The position numbers and the translations under genes are program-made. 38,764 nucleotides of DNA. Origin: Enterococcus phage phiFL1A. The stretch lies in sequence record GQ478081.1. One strand, given 5' to 3'. Position 1 is the stretch's first letter. Each line of letters starts with the position of its first letter. The notes beneath the pieces were generated by a model. The model ran no database searches. It saw nothing but the letters and a program-made list of their open reading frames with translations, and was not told the DNA's origin. Of the stretch, positions 15,718-24,546 are shown in pieces.

Positions 15718-15748
15718 AAAAAAACCACTAGACTATGGGATCTAGTGG
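15718..15748 (-). terminator. minus-strand rho-independent terminator (convergent with the preceding one)
   Basis: Perfect 8-bp stem CCACTAGA/TCTAGTGG, preceded on the plus strand by A7 (a U7 tail on the minus strand). Confidence 0.5.
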
Positions 15749-15877
15749 CTAGGTAGCGTTAGTGAAAATCTCGTGTCACTTGTAGTTTATGAACTTTAGC
15801 TATTATGAAAGAGTGCTACCTAAAACAAGTGTAACATAGCTGTCAAGTTTTGTCGGATATTTGGATTGTTTTCGCAT

Positions 15878-15906
15878 GAAAAACCACCAGATAAGATATC
15901 TAGTGG
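15878..15906 (-). terminator. second minus-strand rho-independent terminator
   Basis: 9-bp stem CCACCAGAT/ATCTAGTGG (one mismatch), preceded by A5 on the plus strand (a U-tail on the minus strand). Sequence-related to the 15718 hairpin. Confidence 0.4.
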
Positions 15907-15975
15907 CCAGACAGCAGATTATGTTTTGAAATAACTGGAAGTGTTACATGAAGCAAAAAGGAGTTGCTGTCTTGC
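15878..15975 (-). ncRNA. candidate small RNA (about 95 nt)
   Basis: Minus-strand extended -10 TGtTATACT (complement of 15980-15988), so the TSS is near 15972. Internal 8-bp long-range stem AGACAGCA/UGCUGUCU. Ends at the 15878-15906 terminator. No ORF. Confidence 0.2.
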
Positions 15976-16049
15976 AGTGAGTATAACAGGAATTGAAGCG
16001 TTTGTCTTACAATAAACAAATATACATAAAAACAATTAGGAGAGAGAAC

Positions 16050-16127
16050 ATGAAAAGCTATTGGTATGTATCGTTAACACATGAATATCCACAGCCGAAC
16101 CGCTCAACTGATTCAGTACGTGTCTAA
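16050..16127 (+). CDS. micro-ORF (25 aa) with strong RBS
   Basis: AGGAGAGAGAACATG. MKSYWYVSLTHEYPQPNRSTDSVRV. Followed by an AAAGGC...GCCTTT stem and a T-rich tail. Could be a leader peptide or small protein. Confidence 0.25.
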   Translation: MKSYWYVSLTHEYPQPNRSTDSVRV

Positions 16128-16230
16128 AGGCCGCACAATAAAAGTGTAGCCTTTTATTTTATTCCTCGTGTTGAAAGAAATTAGTAATTAGTAGATAATT
16201 AATTCAAAAGACAGATGGAGGTATAATAGT

Positions 16231-16953
16231 TTGGAAAATAATTCAAAGAGTGCTGATGACAAAGTAATCAAAAACTATGAAGAGACGTTGAGTATTATTT
16301 TTAAAAAAATACCGGACTCAAATGAGCCCCTGATCTATATGGTCGCAAGTGAAATAGGTTTCGAGATTCTAGATTTAAAACTGTCAATAAATGCTTTATT
16401 AGAAAGTGCTTGTTATGCTGGTATTTTAGCTTTATCCAGAACAATGGTGGAAAATTATATTTATTTAATGTATATACTCGAACAAGATTCTTTTAAAAGA
16501 AGCAAAGCGTATCAATTGAACATGTATAGAGATATAAAAAAACAATATGAGGCGCAAAAAAAGAATAAAAAATTACAACAAATGTCTGAACAAGATCAAA
16601 GCTTTAATGAACAAATTGTTTTATATGAACAAAATGAGCCTAAAATTATAGAATATTTAGAAGAACTTGATTCACTCTATGGGCATAGATTAGTACCATG
16701 GTACAATGATGACGAAGAAACAAAAGGAATATATAAGCTATTTGAGCGTTTAGATAAGTCGGATTGGTATGATGGTATATATAGATACTTATGTATGGAA
16801 TCCCATGGTAATAACGGATTAAAACATTTTGAAATGTTAGAAGATGGTACTGCAAAATTAAAACCAACTACGTTGGATGAAAAACAAATCAGTAGCATAA
16901 CTTGTAGTATCCTAGATAAAACAAAAAAAGAATTAGAAAAATTAATTATTTAG
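16231..16953 (+). CDS. hypothetical protein (240 aa), possible HEPN-like accessory protein
   Basis: TTG start 8 nt after GGAGG. Mostly helical, charged protein. C-terminal R-x6-H (RYLCMESH) resembles the HEPN Rx4-6H motif. Sits between the moron and terS. Confidence 0.55.
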   Translation: MENNSKSADDKVIKNYEETLSIIFKKIPDSNEPLIYMVASEIGFEILDLKLSINALLESACYAGILALSRTMVENYIYLMYILEQDSFKRSKAYQLNMYRDIKKQYEAQKKNKKLQQMSEQDQSFNEQIVLYEQNEPKIIEYLEELDSLYGHRLVPWYNDDEETKGIYKLFERLDKSDWYDGIYRYLCMESHGNNGLKHFEMLEDGTAKLKPTTLDEKQISSITCSILDKTKKELEKLII

Positions 16954-16999
16954 AAAACAAAACTCAACCATTTATATGAAAGCGAGGTGGTGTTAATGG

Positions 17000-17809
17000 A
17001 TGGCTAGAAAAAGAGATCCACGTCGTGACCAGGCTAAAGAAACTTGGTTAAAGTCAAACGGTAAAAAGGTTCTTAAAGAATTAGCTAATGAATTAAATGT
17101 TTCAGATTCCCAAATAAGAAAATGGAAATCGATAGATAAATGGGCTGATGAATTAAAAGGTAATGTTACCAATTCAAAAAGTAACGTTACTAATAAAGGT
17201 GGAGCGCCGCCTGGAAACAAAAATGCCGTAGGTAACAAAGGGAATAAAAGTGCCTCGCCACCAAAAAGAAATAAGAATGCGGTAAAAACAGGTGAATATG
17301 AGACAATATTTGCTGACTTACTATCTGACGAAGAAAAGGACATCTATTCTAAACTGAATGATGATCCTTTTTTTGTTTTGGAGGAAGAAATAAGAATCCT
17401 AAAGATTCGTCAATATAGAATGCTTAAACGCATAAAAAATGCAGAGGCTGGCTTAAATGATGAAGAAGTTGAACGTTTGCAACAGCTTCGGAAAGTTAAA
17501 GAGCCATCGGCAATTGATGGGAAAATGGTTACTGTCAAAAGAGAAGTTTTGAAAGATGTACAAATAACTCGTAAAACATTTAGAAAGTTAGATGACATTT
17601 TAGCTATAGAAGATGCGTTGACTCGCGTTAGCAATCAACTAGTCAAAGCGATTAAGCAACAAAAAGAACTTGCTATGAGTGATAGTCGTATTTCGCTACT
17701 AAATGCACAGGTCGCAAAAATAAGACAGAATACTGATGAGACAGAATCTACAGAGTCTAAGCTTGATGAATTGATGTCTATGATTAGTGGTGAATTAAAT
17801 GAGTCTTAA
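17000..17809 (+). CDS. terS: terminase small subunit
   Basis: N-terminal HTH (KKVLKELANELNVSDSQIRKWK). Internal low-complexity (NVTNSKSNVTNKGGAPPGNKNAVGNKGNK). C-terminal coiled coil. Directly upstream of and overlapping terL. Confidence 0.65.
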   Translation: MARKRDPRRDQAKETWLKSNGKKVLKELANELNVSDSQIRKWKSIDKWADELKGNVTNSKSNVTNKGGAPPGNKNAVGNKGNKSASPPKRNKNAVKTGEYETIFADLLSDEEKDIYSKLNDDPFFVLEEEIRILKIRQYRMLKRIKNAEAGLNDEEVERLQQLRKVKEPSAIDGKMVTVKREVLKDVQITRKTFRKLDDILAIEDALTRVSNQLVKAIKQQKELAMSDSRISLLNAQVAKIRQNTDETESTESKLDELMSMISGELNES

Positions 17810-19040
17810 TGATGTTTATACTAATCGACAGATTGAAGTGTTAAAAGAAACTATCAATAAAGATTGGTTCATTACTCTTTTACACGGAGCTAAGCGTTCT
17901 GGTAAAACGAAAATCAATAATGATTTATTTTTATTTGAACTAAGACGTGTGCGTAAAATTGCAGATGAAGAAAACATAAAAGAACCAATGTATATATTGG
18001 CTGGTGTGTCTAGTTCAACTATTCAAAAGAATATACTTCAAGAGTTATACAATACGTATGATATTGAACCTAAATTTGATAAACATGGTAATTTTAAATT
18101 ATTTGGTGTTAAAGTCGTACAGGCCTATACAGGTAATATCGGCGGCGTTGGTTCTATACGTGGTATGACAGCGTATGGAGCTTATATTAATGAAGCTTCA
18201 CTTGCTAAACAAGAGGTTTTTGCAGAAATAGTTTCCCGTTGTTCAGCGACTGGTGCACGTATATTAGCTGATACAAATCCAGACAACCCCGAGCATTGGT
18301 TGAAAAAAGAATATATAGATAATTCAAGTAAAAGTATTCAATCATTTCATTTTGGTTTAGACGATAACACATTTTTAAGTGAAAGATATAGAACGAACAT
18401 TAAAGCTAGCACACCTAGTGGAATGTTTTATGACCGAGATATAAAAGGTTTGTGGGTTTCTGCTGATGGGGTCGTATATAAAGATTTTGATGCTAACAAA
18501 CACTATATTGATTCATCAGATTTGCCACCATTAGCAAAATATTATTGTGGAGTTGACTGGGGCTATGATCATTGGGGGTCAATTGTAGTTATAGGAGAAA
18601 CAGAAGACGGAACTGCGTATTTAGTTGAAGAACACGCCTCTCAATATGAGGAAATTGATTATTGGGTTGGTATTGCAAAAGAAATTCAAGCACGATATGG
18701 CGGGAGAATTCCTTTCTATTGTGATTCGGCTCGTCCAGAACACGTATCTAGATTTGTAAGGGAAGGACTAAATGCCATCAATGCTTTTAAAGCTCGCTTA
18801 TCTGGTGTCGAATCAGTAGCGAAGCGGTTCAAAACGAATAGATTATATATTTGTCGAGACAAAGTTAAAAAGTTTAGAGATGAGATTTATCAATATATAT
18901 GGAATAAAAAAACTGGTGAGCCTATTAAAGAATTCGATGATGTTTTAGATTCATTAAGGTACGCTATATATTCCAACGAAGTATATTCAAATACATCATT
19001 AGAAGAACGAATGGATGCAGCAAAATTCTTCTTCGGATAA
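17799..19040 (+). CDS. terL: terminase large subunit
   Basis: Walker A LHGAKRSGKT. Terminase_6/PBSX-type ATPase followed by a nuclease domain. 413 aa. Confidence 0.9.
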   Translation: MSLNDVYTNRQIEVLKETINKDWFITLLHGAKRSGKTKINNDLFLFELRRVRKIADEENIKEPMYILAGVSSSTIQKNILQELYNTYDIEPKFDKHGNFKLFGVKVVQAYTGNIGGVGSIRGMTAYGAYINEASLAKQEVFAEIVSRCSATGARILADTNPDNPEHWLKKEYIDNSSKSIQSFHFGLDDNTFLSERYRTNIKASTPSGMFYDRDIKGLWVSADGVVYKDFDANKHYIDSSDLPPLAKYYCGVDWGYDHWGSIVVIGETEDGTAYLVEEHASQYEEIDYWVGIAKEIQARYGGRIPFYCDSARPEHVSRFVREGLNAINAFKARLSGVESVAKRFKTNRLYICRDKVKKFRDEIYQYIWNKKTGEPIKEFDDVLDSLRYAIYSNEVYSNTSLEERMDAAKFFFG

Positions 19041-19056
19041 AGAAAGGGATGAAAAA

Positions 19057-20616
19057 GTGAATAAAAAAAATGAAGTAACGTTTTTAAGGAATCACAGGTA
19101 TCATAAAGATGCGAATGCGGTTTTTAGAATGTCTCAAGAAGATTTTGATGATATTGATTTTGAAAAAAAATCATGGATAACGCGTTTAGAAAAGTTCGTA
19201 AATCGTCATATTGTTGAACAAGTACCACGTTTACGAGAACTCAAACGCTATTATTTAGCAGATAATAATATTAAATATCGACCTCCTAAAACTGATGAAT
19301 ATGCTGCCGACAATAGAATAGCAAGTGATTTTGCTAGATATATCACTATTTTTGAGCAAGGTTATATGTTGGGACAACCTGTGCAGTACAAAAACGAAAA
19401 TGTTGAACTGCAAAAAAAAATCGATGAATTCAATAAGCAAAACAACGAAGCCTATCACAATGTACTTATCAAAACAGATTTGTCAATCTATGGCAGGGCC
19501 TATGAGTTAGAAACAATTGCTTTACAAGAGGAACAAGCGTTTGTAAAACTAGTTAAATTAAACCCAGAGCAGACATTCATTGTTTATGATGATACGACTG
19601 ATAGCAATTCTTTATTTGGTGTTTATTATTATTCAATAGATTATGGCGATGGGGTGCGTAAGGATTTTATAAACGTTTATACATCTGACATGTTATACAT
19701 CTATGTTAATGATAACCAGAATGAAAAGGGATTGACATTATTAGACTTTGAAGATTATGCATTTGATGGAGTTCCTATTAATGAATTTGCAAATAATGAA
19801 GACCGTACAGGTGCATACGAGCCTGTTTTAGATTCAATTGACGCTTATGATTTGTCTCAATCTGAGTTAGCTAATTATCAGCAGGACACAATGGACGCAA
19901 TTTTGCTTATCAAAGGAAACCCATACACAGGTACTGCTCAAAATGACTTAGATGAAGATGGTAATATTGTTCCTAATTCACGGTTAGCTGTTTCTTTAGC
20001 TTTCAAAAAAGCAAGAATAATGATTTTAGATGATAATCCAAATCCCAACGGATCAGAACCTGATGCAAAATATCTCATAAAAGAATATGACTCAGAAGGT
20101 GCAGAAACTTATAAGAAAAGATTGGTTAATGATATTTTACGATTTACTTTTACACCAGATACATTGGATGCCAATTTCAGTGGTACACAATCAGGTGAGA
20201 GTATGAAATACAAGTTAATGGCTGCAGATAATCGGCGGGTTATGCAACAACGCTTATTTGAAAAAGGATTGATGAGACGATTACGACTAGCTATTAATAT
20301 TTGGCGAATAAAAGGGAACGATTCAACAGTGTATAATGATATTAACAATACGAATATTATCTTTACTGCTAATGTTCCTAAATCAGACAATGAGGTTGTT
20401 TCATTAGCTAGTCAATTAGTTGGGCAAGTTTCAGATGAAACATTATTTGAAATATTGTCTACAGTGACGGGTGTCGATCCCGATGTCGAACTAAAACGTA
20501 TTAAAGAAGAAACAAATGATAAGCCAGAACCACGAAGACCTGAAGTGAATAAGAATGAAACGGGGAATGAAGACGATGAACGAGAAGCAGCTAAAAGAAT
20601 TAATGAAGATGAATGA
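19057..20616 (+). CDS. portal protein (SPP1 gp6-like)
   Basis: About 520 aa, immediately after terL. GTG at 19057 after RBS AAGGGA; the track ORF extends further 5'. Acidic C-terminus. Confidence 0.85.
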   Translation: MNKKNEVTFLRNHRYHKDANAVFRMSQEDFDDIDFEKKSWITRLEKFVNRHIVEQVPRLRELKRYYLADNNIKYRPPKTDEYAADNRIASDFARYITIFEQGYMLGQPVQYKNENVELQKKIDEFNKQNNEAYHNVLIKTDLSIYGRAYELETIALQEEQAFVKLVKLNPEQTFIVYDDTTDSNSLFGVYYYSIDYGDGVRKDFINVYTSDMLYIYVNDNQNEKGLTLLDFEDYAFDGVPINEFANNEDRTGAYEPVLDSIDAYDLSQSELANYQQDTMDAILLIKGNPYTGTAQNDLDEDGNIVPNSRLAVSLAFKKARIMILDDNPNPNGSEPDAKYLIKEYDSEGAETYKKRLVNDILRFTFTPDTLDANFSGTQSGESMKYKLMAADNRRVMQQRLFEKGLMRRLRLAINIWRIKGNDSTVYNDINNTNIIFTANVPKSDNEVVSLASQLVGQVSDETLFEILSTVTGVDPDVELKRIKEETNDKPEPRRPEVNKNETGNEDDEREAAKRINEDE

Positions 20617-20779
20617 GAATAATCAAACACTTGAAGCTACATTTTTCGAAACGCAAAGAAGTTTAGAATTTATTGCTAAGCAGGGGAAATATCTTTTTGA
20701 TAAATGTTTAGATGAGGGGTTTAATGAAAATCAGGCTTTAAGATTCACTATTGGCATTCTGACTGGCGTTTCAAATTAA
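20576..20779 (+). CDS. hypothetical protein (67 aa)
   Basis: ATG at 20576 (MNEKQLKEL...) overlapping the portal 3' end. Confidence 0.4.
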   Translation: MNEKQLKELMKMNENNQTLEATFFETQRSLEFIAKQGKYLFDKCLDEGFNENQALRFTIGILTGVSN

Positions 20780-20791
20780 GGGGCTGATTGA

Positions 20792-21694
20792 ATGACTTCA
20801 CAGCAATATTGGATAAAGCGTATGGATGAAATCATGGCTTACGTTGATAAAACGGATTTAGATTTCTTCGATGAATTACAATCTATATACACAGAAAATC
20901 GCCAGAGCATCCAGAAAGAGATATATAAATTTTATGCTCAGTATGCTAAAGAAAATAGAATCTCTATGCAAGAAGCAAAAAAACGGCTCATGAGGGAGGA
21001 CTTAAGTGATTATAGAGAGAATGCTAAGAAATATTTCAAAGCAGCTAAAAAAGACCCGGAATTATTGAAACGCTTAAATGAACAATATAGAGCTGGAAAA
21101 GTCACTCGATTAGAGGCGTTACAGCTAGACTTGCTTTATCAATTAGGTGTGATGCGCGGTGATCTTGAACAATCATTTAATGGCTATTTGAAAGAAGTCG
21201 CGAAGTACGCATATAGAAAAATATCTGGTGGAAATTCTGCGAGTACTTTAAATCTACCTGCCTTAGAACAATTAGTGAATACACCATTCAATGGAAAAAA
21301 CTATTCGCAAAGTATTTGGGGAAATGTAGATGATTTAGCTAATGACTTGAGGAATACTTTAGTTAAAGGCTTTGTAAGGGGATTGGGCCCTGCTGAAATG
21401 GCAAGGGAGTTAAGAAAAAAATACAATGTAGCGCGTTCAAGAGCTGAAGCAATCATTCGTACAGATGGAACGAATATTATCAATAATGCTACGGCAAAAC
21501 GCTATATAGATGCTGGTTTCACTGAATATGAATACCTTGCTCATATTGACAATCGCACTACCGAGATATGCAAAGGTCTAAACGGTGACGTCTTTAAATT
21601 GGCAGATTTTCAACCTGGTCTAAATGCACCACCGATGCACGTGAATTGTCGAAGTACGATCGTTCCAAGTAAAAAAGAATTGAGGGATATTTAA
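20792..21694 (+). CDS. head morphogenesis protein (SPP1 gp7 / Mu F family)
   Basis: C-terminal Phage_Mu_F-like region (RTDGTNIINNATAKRYIDAGFTEYEYLAHIDNRTTEICKGLNGDVF...PMHVNCRSTIVP). Confidence 0.8.
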   Translation: MTSQQYWIKRMDEIMAYVDKTDLDFFDELQSIYTENRQSIQKEIYKFYAQYAKENRISMQEAKKRLMREDLSDYRENAKKYFKAAKKDPELLKRLNEQYRAGKVTRLEALQLDLLYQLGVMRGDLEQSFNGYLKEVAKYAYRKISGGNSASTLNLPALEQLVNTPFNGKNYSQSIWGNVDDLANDLRNTLVKGFVRGLGPAEMARELRKKYNVARSRAEAIIRTDGTNIINNATAKRYIDAGFTEYEYLAHIDNRTTEICKGLNGDVFKLADFQPGLNAPPMHVNCRSTIVPSKKELRDI

Positions 21695-21695
21695 A

Positions 21696-21890
21696 ATGTT
21701 GTTAAGATTTATTGCTTTAATTATTGGCATGCCTTTCTTAGGGTTTTCACTAGCAATAACGATTATGCTGATTAAGACAGGAATTCATTACGAACAAAAA
21801 GAAGTACCAGATCCATATGATTACCTCGACTCTGATTATGAAGAGCATTTGAGAAAGGAGAATTCGAATGAACCTCATAAAAATAGATGA
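21696..21890 (+). CDS. small membrane protein (64 aa)
   Basis: N-terminal hydrophobic segment (FIALIIGMPFLGFSLAITIMLI). Acidic C-terminus. Confidence 0.4.
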   Translation: MLLRFIALIIGMPFLGFSLAITIMLIKTGIHYEQKEVPDPYDYLDSDYEEHLRKENSNEPHKNR

Positions 21891-22005
21891 TGGTATTTTC
21901 ATTGATGGAACTAAAATTAATTACCTTACCAATGTGGCGATTCATTCGGGGATAGAAAATCTAAGTGAAATAACATTAACTTTTTTCATTCCATTCATTA
22001 ATTAA
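21868..22005 (+). CDS. possible small ORF (45 aa) ending in the palindromic repeat
   Basis: RBS AAGGAG 8 nt before the ATG. Ends ...IPFIN with the same last six codons as ORF 4699..4902. Confidence 0.25.
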   Translation: MNLIKIDDGIFIDGTKINYLTNVAIHSGIENLSEITLTFFIPFIN

Positions 22006-22019
22006 TTAATGAATGAATG
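21987..22019. repeat. 33-bp perfect repeat, copy 2
   Basis: Identical to 4884-4916. Same orientation (asymmetric CC on the left side). Confidence 0.6.
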
Positions 22020-22220
22020 AGATGGTTTGGATAATGTACAGAATAATTTTTATCAGTTTAAAAGTTCTGGATCAAAGGAATATAAACCAAGTCGTAAATA
22101 TCTAAGTCGGTAGTTCAATCTATCGATTTTTTTTATTTTGTCCAGGCGTGGATGACAAAAAAAGCTACGGAAATGAGCAAGCATTGATTCTCAATAAAAG
22201 CTATGGAAGGAGAAAGTCAA

Positions 22221-22862
22221 ATGAAAACATGTAATTTATTACCAATGCAATTACAATTTTTTGCTGCAGATAATGGAAATGGTTCAGGTGGAGGAGATAA
22301 TCATCAGCAACAAAATGAAGACGAACGAAAATCATTGAATCTCGATGAACTAGATGAAGAACAGCTGACTTCAATTAAAGAAAAGTTCGGATTAAAAGAC
22401 GATAAAGATGTTGATGAGATTATCAAAAGTAAAAAATCACGTTGGCAAAAAGATTTAGAAGAACAAAAGAATGAAGCCGCTCGTTTAGCGAAACTTTCAG
22501 AAAAAGAGCGACAACAAGCTATTCTTGATAAAGAAAAAGAAGAGTTTGAAAAACAAAAGGCTGAGTTCCAAAAACAGCAACTGTTCGTTGAAAAAGGAAA
22601 TCAGTTAAAAGCTGAAGGTATGCCTTCTGATTTTGCCCATAGAATTACCGGAGAAACGGCTGAAGAAATTCTGCAAGATGTAAAGGCATTTCGTGATGAA
22701 TGGGATAAAGCTGTAGAAGCAAAGGTGAACGAGCGCCTTGCTAGCAAAAATAAGACACGAGTAGGCAATAATGGTGGTCAAATGACTAAAGCAGAAATTA
22801 TGCAAATTAAAGACTCTAAAGAGCGTCAAAGAATGATTGCTCAAAATAGAGATTTATTCTAG
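22221..22862 (+). CDS. capsid scaffolding protein
   Basis: ATG at 22221 after RBS AAGGAG. Highly charged coiled-coil protein. N-terminal MKTCNLLPMQLQFFAA carries an L27/Prp-type processing motif. Directly upstream of the capsid gene. Confidence 0.7.
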   Translation: MKTCNLLPMQLQFFAADNGNGSGGGDNHQQQNEDERKSLNLDELDEEQLTSIKEKFGLKDDKDVDEIIKSKKSRWQKDLEEQKNEAARLAKLSEKERQQAILDKEKEEFEKQKAEFQKQQLFVEKGNQLKAEGMPSDFAHRITGETAEEILQDVKAFRDEWDKAVEAKVNERLASKNKTRVGNNGGQMTKAEIMQIKDSKERQRMIAQNRDLF

Positions 22863-22874
22863 GAGGAATAACTT

Positions 22875-23870
22875 ATGAAAAATATGTCAAAAACTAATAA
22901 AGAACGTTTATTAAAAATGGATTTGCAACTATTTGCGGCAGAACCAGACCTTACAAAAATGGACGATTTAGGAGAAATTAAATCCATTGATTTTGTGAAT
23001 CGTTTTGAAGCAGGAATCAAAGAGTTGTTAGAATTATTAGGAGTAACACGCTTAGAACCTTTATCAAAAGATATGAAAATACAAATGTACAAATGGACAT
23101 CTTCATTAAAAGATGGAAACATTGCTGAAGGCGATGATATTCCTTTATCTAAAGTGTCTCGAGCTAAAGGAAAATCATTTACAGTAACATTTAATAAATG
23201 GCGCCGTGCAGTAACTGCAGAAGCGATTGCTCGTCATGGAGCATCTATTGCGATTGATCAATCTGACGAAAAATTATTACGCCAAATTCAAGGCGGAATT
23301 AAATCACAATTTGTTAACTTCCTAGGTACAGCCCCTACTAAAATTCAAGCTGAAGGGTTACAAAAAGCGTTAGCACAGTCATGGGGGAAACTAAGCACAT
23401 TCGAAGAGTTTGATGGCGCTCAATTTGTTTCCTTTGTAAATCCTATGGATGTAGCAACCTACTTAGGGGATACAAAAGTCTTAGCAGATGCATCTAATGT
23501 ATTTGGTATGACCTTATTGAAAAACTTTCTAGGTGCAACAAACGTTATTGTATTAAACGCAATCCCAGAAGGAAAGGTTTATTCTACCGCCGTTGACAAT
23601 ATCGTATTAGCATACTTGGATATGAAGGCATCTGATTTAGGTGATATTTTTGTGGACTTTGTTGATGAAACTGGTTTTATTTCAGCGACTCGTGGACGTA
23701 CCCTACGAAATGCAACATTTGAATCATTGTTTATGAATGCTTTAACATTATTCCCTGAAATTCCAGAAGGTGTAGTAGAAGCAACAATTAGTGGTGAAAC
23801 AACAACGACGACAAAACCAACAACAACAACGACAAAACCAACAACAACGACTACTACGACACAAGGGTAA
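22875..23870 (+). CDS. major capsid protein (HK97-fold) with Prp-type N-terminal motif and poly-Thr C-terminal tail
   Basis: 331 aa following the scaffold. N-terminus ...LLKMDLQLFAAEP. C-terminus ...ISGETTTTTKPTTTTTKPTTTTTTTQG. Confidence 0.8.
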   Translation: MKNMSKTNKERLLKMDLQLFAAEPDLTKMDDLGEIKSIDFVNRFEAGIKELLELLGVTRLEPLSKDMKIQMYKWTSSLKDGNIAEGDDIPLSKVSRAKGKSFTVTFNKWRRAVTAEAIARHGASIAIDQSDEKLLRQIQGGIKSQFVNFLGTAPTKIQAEGLQKALAQSWGKLSTFEEFDGAQFVSFVNPMDVATYLGDTKVLADASNVFGMTLLKNFLGATNVIVLNAIPEGKVYSTAVDNIVLAYLDMKASDLGDIFVDFVDETGFISATRGRTLRNATFESLFMNALTLFPEIPEGVVEATISGETTTTTKPTTTTTKPTTTTTTTQG

Positions 23871-23884
23871 AGTAGGTTTCTGAT

Positions 23885-24268
23885 ATGGGAAAGACAGAAA
23901 AAGAATACGGTGATCGTCTGAAGGAAATCAAAGTTTTGTTAGGCATTTCTGACGAACTCCAAGATGAATTGTTAACATTAGTGATTCAAGACAGTGAAGA
24001 ACGTATTTTATCTGTCTTGAATCAATATGCTCAAAAAAATGGAACAGATAAGTACGATGCTGTACCTGATAGTTTGAACTATATATTGAGAGATGTATCA
24101 ATTAAACGTTTCAACAAAAGAAATAGTGAAGGGACAAGTTCTGACAGCGAAGAAGGTCGTTCTTTTACTTGGGAAAAGAGTTATTTGGATGAATATTTGA
24201 ACATTTTAGACGAGTATACCAAGCCTGAAATTAGAGCTGGTAAAGGAATTGCGAGGTTTTTACCATGA
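23885..24268 (+). CDS. head-tail connector protein (gp6/gp15-like)
   Basis: 127 aa. Position and pattern match the Phage_connect_1 family. ATGA overlap with the next gene. Confidence 0.6.
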   Translation: MGKTEKEYGDRLKEIKVLLGISDELQDELLTLVIQDSEERILSVLNQYAQKNGTDKYDAVPDSLNYILRDVSIKRFNKRNSEGTSSDSEEGRSFTWEKSYLDEYLNILDEYTKPEIRAGKGIARFLP

Positions 24269-24546
24269 TTTATAACCATCGTTGTAAAATAGTCAAGAAT
24301 ATTACTACTGATGAAGGTTATTTAGGAGAAGAAGTCATTTCAAAAGAAGTTAAAACAGTACCTTGCAGTATCCATAATATTTCTTTTGATGAACAAATAG
24401 CTTTCTTTGGAAAATACAATAAGAATGCACTTAAAGTTCATTTACAGGGATATTTCTTCTTTGATGAAATTAATATAGACGGTATTTCTAAAAATATTTT
24501 TGATGTTAAGTTCCATCGCAATTCAACAGTTGTGATATTAACATGA
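24265..24546 (+). CDS. head closure / head-tail joining protein
   Basis: 93 aa. Position and size typical of the SPP1 gp16-like family. Confidence 0.55.
   Translation: MIYNHRCKIVKNITTDEGYLGEEVISKEVKTVPCSIHNISFDEQIAFFGKYNKNALKVHLQGYFFFDEINIDGISKNIFDVKFHRNSTVVILT

Noticed and set aside
16646-17634. Minus-strand ORFs antisense to the 240-aa gene and terS (16646..16898, 16993..17343, 17410..17634)
   Set aside because: Overlap better-supported plus-strand genes. No RBS.
21867-22006. Whether the 33-bp palindrome is simply a rho-independent terminator
   Set aside because: It is a perfect AT-rich palindrome without loop or flanking T-run on either strand. It is poor as an intrinsic terminator, so it is kept as a repeat of unknown function instead.
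19057-22221. Searched for a prohead protease between portal and scaffold
   Set aside because: None found. The 300-aa gene is MuF/gp7-like and the others are under 75 aa. Consistent with the Prp-motif observation rather than a missed gene.
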